Position numbers and translations under genes: made by a program. A stretch of DNA of 64,000 bases from Octopus sinensis (lineage: Eukaryota), in the NCBI RefSeq assembly GCF_006345805.1, contig NC_043023.1, positions 19,220,001 through 19,284,000 of the forward strand, read 5' to 3'. The notes beneath the pieces were generated by a model. That model worked only from the letters and a program-made list of their open reading frames with translations, was not told the origin of the DNA and did no database searches. Below, one piece after another: positions 1 through 12,365 of the stretch. Every line of letters starts with the position of its first letter. Within the stretch, counting starts at the first letter, position 1.

Positions 1-42
1 GATGATGAGCAATAGACTCAGAAACATATGTCTTCAATATTA

Positions 43-440
43 GGCGCAGGAGTGGCTGTGTGGTAAGTAGCTTGCTTACCATCCACATGGTTCAGGGTTC
101 AGTCCCACTGCGTGGCACCTTGGGCAAGTGTCTTCTACTATAGCCTCGGGCCGACCAAAGCCTTGTGAGTGGATTTAGTAGGCGGAAACTGAAAAGAAGC
201 CCATCGTATATATATATATGTGTGTATGTGTGTGTGTTTGTGTGTCTGTGTTTGTCCCCCTAGCATTGCTTGACGACCGATGCTGGTGTGTTTATGTCAC
301 CCGTCACTTAGCGGTTTGGCAAAAAGAGTCCGATAGAATAAGTACTGGGCTTACAAAAGAATAAGTCCCGGGGTCGAGTTGCTCGATTAAAGGTGGTGCT
401 CCAGCATGGCCGCAGTCAAATGACTGAAACAAGTAAAAGA
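43..440 (+). mobile_element. Dominant ~400-bp tRNA-derived SINE. Other + copies: 4685-5145, 32821-33180, 34080-34680, 39545-39870, 45800-46140, 47848-48265, 54040-54205, 57362-57770, 60948-61390, 63449-63845
   Basis: ggcgcaggagtggctgtgtggtaagtagcttgct...ggttcagtcccactgcgtggcaccttgggcaagtgtc..., internal (TA/TG)n, tail ...gcagtcaaatgactgaaacaagtaaaagag. Confidence 0.9.
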
Positions 441-745
441 GAGAGAGAGAGAAAGAGAGTAATATTAGTCTTGTTAATACAGATCACCCTTCTTTGATCC
501 TGTTTTATCTCACACATCGTCCCATTTAATCCTTTCCACTAAGGAAGCCACTCTTCTATCAGCCGAAATTGCGAGGATGATCCGGTTCTTGACTGAGGAT
601 AGAAAGCTGTAGGAAAATATGTTTTTTTGCGGGGTCTGAAGGCAGCAAATGGCAGGTCCACCCCGGGTGGCACACACTGTAGCTACCCAGTGCCTCGTCC
701 ATACATCCAGACACATCAATGAATGGTGTTATGGTACTCTGAGAG

Positions 746-1130
746 GAGGCGCAATGGCCCAGTGGTTAGGGCAGCGGACTCGCAGTCATAGGATCGCGGT
801 TTCGATTCCCAGACCGGGCGTTGTGAGTGTTTATTGAGCGAAAACACCTAAAGCTCCACGAGGCTCCGGCAGGGGATGGTGGTGATCCCTGCTGTACTCT
901 TTCGCCACAACTTTCTCTCACTCTTACTTCCTGTTTCTGTTGTACCTGTACTTCAAAGGGCCGGCCTTGTCACTCTCTGTGTCACGCTGAATATCCCCGA
1001 GAACTACGTTAAGGGTGCACGTGTCTGTGGAGTGCTCAGCCACTTACACGTTAATTTCACGAGCAGGCTGTTCCGTTGATTCGGATCAACCGGAACCCTC
1101 GTCGTCGTAACCGACGGAGTGCTAAAGGAA
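746..1130 (+). mobile_element. tRNA(Arg)-like-headed SINE, full length, 13-bp TSD
   Basis: Head ggcgcaatggcccagtggttagggcagcggactcgc...ggtttcgattccc with A/B boxes. TSD ggtactctgagag at 733-745 and 1131-1143. Confidence 0.85.
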
Positions 1131-1164
1131 GGTACTCTGAGAGTTCACCTGTGAAACAACTTAC

Positions 1165-1331
1165 CTGAGCAAGCAGCAGATGCGTCTTCGTAATGTCCAC
1201 AATCCGTCCTTCCCCAACCGTTATGGATACAGCGGAATAAAGAACTCTCGGTGCCAACACAGTGGATATTGTCCATCCAAATGTGACCATTCCCCTCACC
1301 GAAACGAGCAAATTGGTAAGCTTCTCCATGA
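1165..1331 (-). CDS. SRCR domain 2, second half ([55 protein letters not shown])
   Basis: SRCR C-terminal motif. Acceptor tctttcag|, donor |gtaagt, 167 nt, phase 2 to 1. The gene continues beyond the window start. Confidence 0.95.
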
Positions 1332-1489
1332 CTGAAAGATAAAGAAAATAAGTAAACCGTTTTAGTAATTGTATCACTTATTGTCTTCCATAAGCAATAT
1401 TTTAATCGTGACTAGGCATTTTTGTGAATATCTACTGAGGTGATGTAAGAAAGATAAATAATTACAATATCTGCTGATCTGGTAGACAG

Positions 1490-1492
1490 ACA

Positions 1493-1529
<37 letters not shown>

Positions 1530-1722
1530 AGAGACAGACAGGCAGGCAGGCAGGCAGACAGACAGACAGATAGATAGACAGGCAGACAGACAGACAGATA
1601 GAGAGACAGATAGATAGATAGGTAGATAGAGAGATAGATAAGTATATAGATATATAGATAGATAGATAGATAGATAGATAGACAGAGAGAGAGACAGATA
1701 GATAGACAGAGAGAGAGACAGA

Positions 1723-1754
<32 letters not shown>

Positions 1755-1763
1755 GAGAGAGAC

Positions 1764-1794
<31 letters not shown>

Positions 1795-1803
1795 GAGAGA
1801 GAC

Positions 1804-1834
<31 letters not shown>

Positions 1835-1867
1835 GAGACAGACAGATAGATAGATAGACAGACAGAC

Positions 1868-1898
<31 letters not shown>

Positions 1899-1985
1899 TA
1901 GAGAGACAGATAGATAGAGAGATAGATAAACAGACAGAGAGAGAGAGACAGATAGATAGATAGACAGACAGACAGAGAGAGAGAC

Positions 1986-2016
<31 letters not shown>

Positions 2017-2090
2017 TAGATAGGCAGGCAGGCAGGCAGGAAGACAGACAGACAGGCTGACAGGCAGATAGATAAATAGACAGACAGACA
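1490..2090. repeat. Compound (GACA/GATA/GGCA)n microsatellite; complementary array at 3450-4125, related arrays at 7745-7945 and 32070-32400
   Basis: Direct reading; these account for the LSVC-type ORFs. Confidence 0.95.
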
Positions 2091-2427
2091 GTGTGTGTGT
2101 GTTTTTATTGGTTAAACTGGTAAAATGACCATTCCGAAATACAACAATAAAGAAAATGTTTTCAGTTTATTAGAATTGGCATGAACATCACTAATTCTTG
2201 TTTATTTATATCCTCTGATCATCAGTCTACATACCTCTCTATATATTTACCAGTTTATCTATCCTATCTGTTTGTCTATCTATCTATCTATTTACATGTC
2301 TATCTGCCTCGAGAGATAAGGTGACTTTTTCATGTGTTCATTTTCGAATTGTCTGAGATGACCTTGGTCTTTTTTGTAGGTTTTTCTTTCCAGGGCTACA
2401 CCTAAAATGTGAACTTCATTTCCATAC

Positions 2428-2830
2428 TCTTTTACTCTTTTACTTGTTTCAGTCATTTGACTGCGGCCATGCTGGAGCACCGCCTTTAGTCGAGCAAATC
2501 GACCCCGGGACTTACTCTTTTGTAAGCCCAGTACTTATTCTATCAGTCTCTTTTGCCGAACCGCTAAGTGACGGGGACGTAAACACACCAGCATCGGTTG
2601 TCAAGCAATGCTAGGGGGACAAACACAGACACACAAACATATACATACACATACATACATATATATACGACAGGCTTCTTTCAGTTTCCGTCTACCAAAT
2701 CCAGTCACAAGGCATTGGTTGACCCGAGGCTATAGCAGAAGACACTTGCCCAAGATGCCACGCAATGGGACTGAACCCGGAACCATGTGGTTGGTAGGCA
2801 AGCTACTTACCACACAGCCACTTCTGCGCC
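2428..2830 (-). mobile_element. Dominant SINE, minus-strand copies. Others: 11350-11750, 17038-17410, 35005-35425, 38725-39290, 40085-40290, 43505-43905, 44628-45362, 52080-52485, 55060-55425, 60160-60720, 61740-62105
   Basis: Reverse complement of the family above. Confidence 0.9.
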
Positions 2831-3073
2831 TATATATATATATATATAATTAATCAATATAGGGTAGCAAAAATTCAGCAGAAATTATTTTGCCACCAGC
2901 GGTCTAGTGAGAAAAAGGAAATAGTCAGAGACTATTAATAAATTCAACAACAAATTAAGGAACGGCCATAATAGGCCGTTCAACCCACTAGAAATAACAG
3001 CCAAGGCTTTAACCGCAAAATAGTAGTAATTCCGTAAACCAGGAGAAAATTAAAAAAACATTTACCCTGTTCA

Positions 3074-3175
3074 TCTTTAGACAATGCATTGTTTCATCGT
3101 TTTTTAATGGTAAATCAGCCTGATTAAATTAAATCAAGTCAATCTTCCATAGGCCAACAAATTCATCAGTAAAGA
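3074..3175 (-). ncRNA. Type-I hammerhead ribozyme motif (GUC triplet) inside a Penelope-like repeat
   Basis: Minus strand TCTTTA-CTGATGA-[long stem II]-GAAA-CAATGCATTG-TC-TAAAGA. Stem I is 6 bp perfect, stem III is the palindrome ACAAUGCAUUGU, all core nucleotides present. Confidence 0.8.
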
Positions 3176-3471
3176 AAGCCAGGAGGGAGAGAAATTACAC
3201 AAGGCAGCAACATTACCGCTTCGGCAATATCTCAATATCTGACCTAAAATTTTCGAACTCATATATATATAGATATATATTATATTTTTATACACCACAC
3301 AACCCACAGATCCCTATTGATCGAACATTTTTTTTTCTTTGTGTCCCACCCATCCCACCTCGAAAAGAAAAAACTCTACATTGTATTTCGTCCATTTTTA
3401 TTCTGTGTTTAGCCCTGTGTGGCCACAATAAAAAAGTTATCTATCTATCATTCCATTTGTCTGTCTATCTA

Positions 3472-3502
<31 letters not shown>

Positions 3503-3595
3503 ATCTACCTGTCTGTCTGTCTATATGTCTATCTATCTGTCTGTCTGTCTGTCTATCTGTCTGTCTGTCTGACTGTCTGTCTGTCTGTCTATTTA

Positions 3596-3626
<31 letters not shown>

Positions 3627-3651
3627 ATCTGATTGTCTGTCTGTTTGTCTA

Positions 3652-3720
<69 letters not shown>

Positions 3721-3897
3721 ATGTCTATCTATCTGTCTGTCTGTCTATCTACCTACCTGTCTGTCTGTCTGCCTGCCTGTCTGTCTGTCTACCTGTCAGC
3801 CTGTCTGTCTTCCTGCCTGTCAGCCTGTCTATCTATCTGCCTGCCTGTCAGCCTGTCTGTCAGCCTATCTATCTGTCTGTCTGCCTGCCTGTCAGCC

Positions 3898-3932
<35 letters not shown>

Positions 3933-4655
3933 TTATCTATCTATCTATATATCTATATACTTATCTATCTCTCTATCTATCTGTCTCTCTACCTGTCTGT
4001 CTGTCTGCCTGTCTATCTGTCTGTCTGTCTGCCTGCCTGACAGCCCGTCTATCTATCTGTTTATCTATCCATCTGCCTGCCTGCCTGCCTGCCTGCCTGC
4101 TGCCTGTCTGTCTGTCTGTCTACCAGATCAGCAGATATTGTAATTTTTTATCTTTCTTACATCACCTCAGTAGATATTCACAAAAATGCCGAGTCACGAT
4201 TAAAATATTGCTTATGGAAGACAATAAGTGATACAATTGCTAAAACGGTTTACTATGGAAGTCAGGAAGGAGATTTAGCATGATATTAAAAATTAAACAT
4301 TACACTTGGCTTACTCTGTGATTTTTAGCCTAATCCATTAAGATGCTTTTTTTATGAAAAAACATTCGAGCGAGGTCGTTGCCAGTGCCGCTGGACTGGC
4401 TCCTGTGCAGGTGGCACATAAAAAACACCATTTGAGCGTGGCTGTTGCCAGTATCGCCTGACTGTCCCTCGTGCCAGTGGCATGTAAAAGCACCCACTAC
4501 ACTCTCGGAGTGGTTGGCGTTAGGAAGGGCATCCAGCTGTAAAAACACTGCCAAATTAAGATTGGAGCCTGGTGCAGCCTTCTGGTTCACCAGTCCTCAA
4601 TCAAATCGTCCAACCCATGCTAGCATGGAAAACGGACGTTAAACGATGATGATAA

Positions 4656-4688
<33 letters not shown>

Positions 4689-5518
4689 CGCAGGAGTGGC
4701 TGTGTGGTAAGTAGCTTGTTTACCAACCACATGGTACCGGGTTCAGTCCCACTGCGTGGCACCTTGGGCAAGTGTCTTCTACTATAGCTTCGGGCCGACC
4801 AAAGCCTTGTGAGTGAATTTGGTGGACAGAAACTGAAAGAAGCCCTTTGTATATATGTATATATATATGTATATGTGTATATATGTATATGTATATATAT
4901 GTATATGTATGTATGTGTGTGTGTTTGTGTGACTGTGTTTGTCCCCCTAGCATTGCTTGACAACCAATGCTGGTGTGTTTATGTCCCCGTTACCTAGCGG
5001 TTCGGCAAAAGAGACCGATAGAATAAGTACTGGGCTTACAAAAAGAATAAGTCCCGGGGTCAATTTGCTCGACTAAAGGCGGTGCTCCAGCATGGCCGCA
5101 GTCAAATGACTGAAACAAGTAAAAGAGTAAAAGAGTAAAAGAGTATATATTTAGAGAGAGAGAGAGAAGAAAAGAAATGAAGTAATAATTAACAATGAGA
5201 AGTTGATCATTGGTGTTTAAAAGTCATTATTTAATTGTAGTTCGGATCCATTTACAGCTGTTTCTGTTTATCAAATCGAAGTAAATTCACATTTACCTGG
5301 TTACATTTAAGAAACATCTTCAGGGTGAATTTAGAGGGAAATGAAAGGAAAAGAAAAAGGGCAAAAAACTTCAAGTCTTTCGGCTTACATTGAGGTAATA
5401 CACCAGGAGTGTCTACAGATACATCTATCCCTTAGATGGTTGCATAACCTCTAAATTATATTTTGCTTAACGCATATATATATATCCATACACACATACA
5501 AACATATACATACATATA

Positions 5519-5559
<41 letters not shown>

Positions 5560-6152
5560 CACACACACACACATACATAAATACACACATGCACACACAT
5601 ATATCCATCCCCTCCTCACCGTGGTGAGGACGCCGGCAACGGGTAGTGTCAGAGCTATGCCGTCGGGAACTTCGGTTCCTGCTAAGGGCCACCCAAGGCG
5701 AATTGGTCTGACACCAAGTGGTATTAGGGCCACAACCCAGCAGACGGGGCTCTGGTGAAAATCCTCAGAGTGTCTGTTTCAGCAACCAGTGGCTCCTCGG
5801 TTGTTCTGTCCCTGCGTCTGCGGACAATCTGCAGCAATCAGGATGTCTCCACATCCGGGATTGTTGGGGACCGCTTGTGAAATCCACATATTCCCACAAA
5901 ACTTCTTCCATGAGTAGAAGAAGCTGACTCAACCCGCCCAGGGTGAATGTTGCCACAAGTACAAGTACATATATTTATACATTATATGCACACACACACA
6001 CATACATAAATACACACATGCACACATATATATATACACATATTTATACATTATATATATACACACACACATACATTCACAAAGACACAATCAAAATATG
6101 AAACGGAGAAGAAAGGCCAAAATTTGAACCCGCATCGCCAGGTTTACACTTA

Positions 6153-6830
<678 letters not shown>

Positions 6831-7104
6831 TATCATCATCATTATTATTATTATCATGTATTTTCATTCTTTCAATTTTGTTTCCATTTCTTACCGAGTG
6901 TCTTCCCGACACCTAGGGCAAAGAAACTCATTGTATGCATTGGTAGGCCATTAAAATAAACACACCAGATTGTTCATTTACAAAATCAAGAAAAGAAAGA
7001 AATTTACATGAGTTGTAAACCCTTTGTATCGTCCTGTTTTACCCTCTAAATGTGTCTTTATATTAGCCATTGTGGTCAATAAAAGAATTTGTTATTATTA
7101 TTAT

Positions 7105-7620
7105 TATTGAGTGAGAGAACAGTGCATGCCATCAAAGTGACACTGGGGTAAAATATACAAAGCCCAGTATACCCACCATGACCACCCGTCTAATGAGGAT
7201 ACACCAGGCACATGCATCACAACCATATGAGCGCGACATGGTGATCTGATATCAAGATAAACAGCGCATGACCTTGCAGGTAGGGCCCAGTTAGAATTTT
7301 CTTCAGGTCGAGTAGCCCATCCCGCTTAAAAGGTCCCTGAATAAGGGTTGTTTAAGGATGTTGAAAGAACCACCCATGTTTCCAGAGGTGAATTATTCAA
7401 GCCCCAAAGAATCCCTCTCAACACATGGCTATGATGCTCCCCTACTACTTCTGCTCGTGATCAGAGATGCACATATCGTAAGCCACTAAGGGACATGCTC
7501 AACTGGTTAAGGTCAAACAACTGACAAGCAAATCTGTGGTATTGAGCAGAATATTTGCTGTAGCCCATCTTTTTATACCAAGACAAAACAATGTACATGA
7601 TAACACTTCCAATCAGTTGA
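7105..7620 (-). mobile_element. ~520-bp non-coding element with (AAT)n tail; second copy at 24135-24680 +
   Basis: Two copies in opposite orientation. Both end ...ctctctcactcaataataat and both sit between TAA/ATT runs. Confidence 0.6.
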
Positions 7621-7621
7621 G

Positions 7622-7663
<42 letters not shown>

Positions 7664-8073
7664 AAGGTGGAGGGCTGGCAGAATCATTAGCATGCCAGGC
7701 AAAAATGCTTAGCGGTATTTTACCTATCGCTACGTCCTGAGTTAGATAGACAGACAGGCTGACAGGCAGAAAGACAGACAGATAGATAGACAGATAGACA
7801 GGCGGACAGGCAGGCAGACAGATAGACAGACAGGCTGACAGGCAGGCAGATAAACAGACAAACAGATAGACAGACAGACAGATAGACAGACAGACAGGCT
7901 GACAGGCAGATAGATAGACAGACAAACAAATAGACAGACAGACAGACAGTGCGTGTGTTTTTATTGGCTAAACTGGCAAAATGACCATTCCTAAATACAA
8001 GAATATAGAAAATGTTTTCAGTTTAGACACACACACCCATATAAAGTGAGAGATGAGAGATATGAAGCCATAC

Positions 8074-8240
8074 TTGAACACACAACCCCAGCATCTTCGT
8101 AGTGGCCACAATCGTGTTGTCCCCATCCATTGGTACTGCAGTTTAGTAAGCTGATCTCAGATCCTTTACAGTTCACATTGTCCATCCAGATCTGACCTGT
8201 TCCGGCACCATATCTTGCTGACGGGACTGGACGACCATCA
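8074..8240 (-). CDS. SRCR domain 1, second half ([55 protein letters not shown])
   Basis: G.GTG.IW.D.V.C.G.E..L..C...GWG.H.C.H.EDAGV.C motif. Acceptor cgtttcag|, donor |gtatgg, 167 nt, phase 2 to 1. Confidence 0.95.
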
Positions 8241-8431
8241 CTGAAACGAATAATAATAATAATAATAATAATAGTGGTGGTGGTGGTAATAATAGTAGTA
8301 GTAGTAGTGGTGGTGGTGGTGGTTGTGGTGGTGATGGTAGTAGTTGTGGTGGTGGTGGTAGTAGTAGTGGTGGTAGTGGTGGTGGTGGTTGTGGTAGTAG
8401 TAGTAGTAGTAGTAGTAATAATAATAAAAAA

Positions 8432-8835
8432 GATCTTGAAATTGAAATTAGCAAAATGTGGAACCTGAAGACTAAAACAATACCTGTTGTCATAGGTGCC
8501 CTAGGAATGATAGCAAAAGGGGCTGATTGTTATAGCTAGCTCAGATACCAGGAAACCCCAAAATGGCAGAAATTCAGAAGATAGTGCTCATGGGAACTGC
8601 TCATATCCTACGCAAAATACTTTCTATGTAATCTCAAGTTTTAAAACAAACATAATTTTCTTATGGTTTCTTAAACATTCTCTAGAACAACACTATGTAC
8701 AAAACCAAATATATGGCACCCTAGGCATAACACCAACATGAACTTCCAACTTGTTGTCTCTTGAGGTCTCTGGGTGAGATTTGGAGCTAACTTGTGCAAA
8801 TGTAAAGCAAAAGTCAAACATTAAAAATAATAATA
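8432..8835 (+). mobile_element. 5'-truncated R4/Dong-like non-LTR retrotransposon (end of REL endonuclease domain plus 3' UTR)
   Basis: [27 protein letters not shown]...IQKIVLMGTAHILRKILSM* with one frameshift. Flanked by (TAA)n on both sides. Confidence 0.75.
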
Positions 8836-8869
8836 TGGTTCAATTTCGAAATTGGAATTGAAATTGAAC

Positions 8870-9475
8870 CAATCCTATGACTGGCACCCGGCAGTCGCCA
8901 GGATCGCTGGACTGACTCCTGTGCAGGTGGCAAGTAAAGAAACACCATTTCGACCCTGTGCTTGAGGAGATCCATTGAGTCAAGTACACCGACATCAAAA
9001 ATCGATGGAAACTGCAGTTGTGATCCCTGTGCCAGTGGCACATAAAAAGCACCATCCGAATCGTGGCCGATGCCAGCGCCACCTTGACTGGCTTTCGTGC
9101 CAGTGGCACATAAAAAGAACCATCCGAATCGTGGTCGATGCCAGTGCCGCCTAGACTGGCTTCCAAGCCGGTGGCATGTAAAAAGCACCATCTAAATCGT
9201 GGCCGATGCCAGCGCCACCCTGACTGGCTTCCGTGCCGGTGTTGCATAAAATGCACCAATTCGATCGTGGCCATTGCCAGCCTCGCCTGGCACCTGTGTC
9301 GGTGACACGTAAAAAGCACCCACTACATTCATGGAGTGGTTGGCATTAGGAAAGGCATCCAGCTGTAGAAACACTGCCAGATCAGATTGGAGCCTGGTGC
9401 AGCCTTCTGGCTTCCCAGACCCTGGTCGAACCGTCCAACCCATGGAGAACGGACGTTAAACGATGATGATGATGA
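8870..9475 (+). mobile_element. RTE 3'-UTR copy with ~60-bp internal tandem repeats. Further copies: 4340-4655 +, 18975-19453 -, 22930-23215 -, 33190-33645 -, 48300-48635 -, 51770-51955 -, 54210-54590 -, 56850-56990 -
   Basis: Shared ggaagggcatccagctgtagaaac...gaaccgtccaacccatgctagcatggaaa.cggacgttaaacgatgatgat tail and gtgccaccggcac... minisatellite. Confidence 0.8.
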
Positions 9476-10090
9476 ACCGTCCAATACAGTTTTAACATCA
9501 TTGACTGAAATCTAACAGAACTCCAACAGGAACACAATATCTAAAAACTTGCACTACCCAAAGCAGACGTTGATCATCTGTACCTGTCTAGAAGTAATGG
9601 GGGGGATGATGAACGATGTAGGTTGAACTGTGCTATTATAAGACCTCCACAATAGCAATGAAAAAGTACTTATCTAGTACAGAGGACTGAATGCTGTAGC
9701 GTGTCTGCAAACACAAAGGCAGCAAAAAATCACATTTACAAAAAATTGGTTTCTCTCCAATTTTTTGTAAACTCTTAAACATATCTCCTTCAGTATATAT
9801 ATATGTATATATATATATATATATATATAGTGTAATAAATAAAATATATGCATACATACAAACATATATGTACGTACCTACATCTACATGTATATATACA
9901 TGCATATATAAATATATATACGTGAGTACAGGACACCACAACTAGACGTAGAACTCAACGAAAACGGAAAAGCCATTTTTTTACAACAGAAAAACAGAGT
10001 ACAGGACATACTACACAAGGAAAAATCCCCTTCATCAGCTGTCACTAGTTCGACTCTAGCGTGTTTCGAAGGCAATATATATATATATAT

Positions 10091-10138
<48 letters not shown>

Positions 10139-10360
10139 ATACTACCAGGTGGTGAGCTGGCAGAAACGTTAGCACGCTGGGCGAAATGCGTAGCCGTATT
10201 CAAATTCCACCGAGGTCAACTTTGCCTTTCATCCTTTCGGGGTTGATAAATTAAGTACCAGTTACGCACTGGGGGTGATGTAATCAACTTGATCCGTGTG
10301 TCTGTCCATGTTTGTCCCGTCTGTGTTTAGCCCCTCGTGGGTAATAAAGACATATGTGTA

Positions 10361-10393
<33 letters not shown>

Positions 10394-11550
10394 CACCGTG
10401 ACCGACCAGGCTATCAGATGTTGCTACACATCGCTGGTCACAATGCGCTTTGCACTGTTTTAGCCTTCAAATGACGCCACCCCGCTGGCCACCCCGCTGG
10501 CTAAGCGAGCAGGCCTATATATATATATATACTACCAAATAAACATGACTTTTATTAAACTCCTAATACTTTTTTGTTGAATATTTTCTTAAATACTTTC
10601 TAGTAAACTGTTTTTAACATTTTCTTATTATTACCAAAGAATGTATATATGTATTTTAATACTTTTGTGACAACCAGTACTTAACACAACAAAGCTTTTA
10701 CAAAGCTTTACATTTTACTTTTGACAATCTTTTTCTAAGAAAGTAAAACCGGTCAAGAGAATAAACATCTTTAAAATTGCATTTTCAAACCTTCTTTCAT
10801 ATATGTTTCCACTCGTGCGGTATCTTACAACTCTACTTTGTTATACACACACACATATATATATATGTATATACACACAACACCTTTCTTTCTGGCTGTG
10901 TGGTAAGTAGCTTGCTTACCAACCATATGGTTCTGGGTTCAGTCCCACAGCATGGCACCTTGGGCAAGTGTCTTCTATCATTCCTTCAGGTTGACCAAAG
11001 CCTCGTGAGTGGATTTGATTAGATAGAAACTATGTCTGTGTGTCCTTGTGTCTGTTTGTCTCCCCACCATTGCTTGACAACCAGTTTTGTAATGTTTACA
11101 TCCCCATAACTTAGCAGTTTGGCAAAAGAACACCCATAAAATAAGTACCAGGTTCAAAAAAAGAACTACTGGGATTGATTTATTCGTTTGACTGAAAATT
11201 GAAGGTGGTGCCCCAGCATGGCCACAGTCTAATGACTGACACAAATAAAAGATTGAAGATAAAAAATATCCAAAAGCAAGTTAAGGAATTAATTACTAAG
11301 TAATTAATTAATTAATAAGTAATATCTATTCTTTCATTCTTCCACTCACTCTTTTACTCTTTTACTTGTTTCAGTCATTTGACTGCGGCCATGCTGGAGC
11401 ACCGCCTTTAGTCGAGCACATCGACCCCAGGACTTATTCTTTGTAAGCCCAGTACTTATTCTATCGGTCTCTTTTTGCCAAACCACTAAGTGACGGGGAC
11501 ATAAACACAGCAGCATCGGTTGTCAAGCAACGCTAGGAGGACAAACACAA

Positions 11551-11583
<33 letters not shown>

Positions 11584-11865
11584 CATATATACGACGGGCT
11601 TCTTTCAGTTTCCGTCTACCAAATCCACTCACAAGGCATTGGTCGGCCCGGGGCTATAGCAGAAGACACTTGCCCAAGATGCCACGCAGTAGGACTGAAC
11701 CCGGAACCATGTGGTTGGTTAGTAAGCTACTTACCAGACAGCCACTCCTTTTGTAAAAAAAAATTGTACATCTAAGTGTTTGACAAATGCCTTATATATA
11801 CATATATGAGCCTTGAGATTAAAACAGGAGGAGGTGACCCCTTACAAGGATAAGGGTCTACTTAC

Positions 11866-12004
11866 GTGTATCCCAGCATATGGCACACAACGTTGGCCTC
11901 TCTCAGGTCCCAGTCATCGTCACACACTGTGCCCCATTGACCGCCATAAAACACCTCCACACGACCAACATTCGGTACATCTCCTCCAACCAGACGTATT
12001 GTCC
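11866..12004 (-). CDS. SRCR domain 1, first half ([45 protein letters not shown])
   Basis: Canonical RLVGG..GRVEV...WGTVCDD.W motif. Acceptor ttttcag|, donor |gtaagt, 139 nt, phase 1 to 2. Missed by the ORF track. Confidence 0.95.
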
Positions 12005-12145
12005 CTGAAAATATAAACAAGAGAAAATGGTTAAAAATACAATATTATATGAGGGAATATTATTCCAAACTTACAGGGAAAAATGCAATTTAGAAAAACT
12101 AATGTATCTATCTATATATATATATATATACATACATACATACAT

Positions 12146-12365
12146 ACATGAGGAGGTGCTGAAAAGTTCCTGGCTTTGAGGTTATTGCGAAAGGCCTGGT
12201 TGGAGGCCAAACATTCCTAGTTGTTTTAAAGGGCTTAGAAAAACTGAAGGACCACTGCAATAAGCGTTTGAAACTGAGAGGAGAATATATTGAATGAAGT
12301 CATAATCAACTGATTATTGAGTATTTTCTTTTACTCAAAGCCAGGAACTTTCCACAGCCCCTGTA
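12146..12365 (+). mobile_element. Non-autonomous mariner derivative (MITE-like); mirrored copy at 12775-12995
   Basis: Ends gaggaggtgctgaaaagttcctggcttt / aaagccaggaactttccacagcccctgta. Internal KGLEKLKDHCNKRLKLRGEYIE* resembles a mariner C-terminus. Confidence 0.7.

Noticed and set aside
748-825. SINE heads as tRNA-Arg genes (also 53586)
   Set aside because: No complete acceptor stem; they run into the SINE body with TSDs.
2608-2853. Recurrent RQASFSFRLPNPLTR...TTQPLL ORFs and their reverse frames throughout the window
   Set aside because: Translations of the dominant SINE, not genes.
3419-4231. Long LSVC/LSIY-type ORFs (also 7659-7929, 31976-32627, 49686-50087)
   Set aside because: Translations of tetranucleotide microsatellites, which are stop-free by composition.
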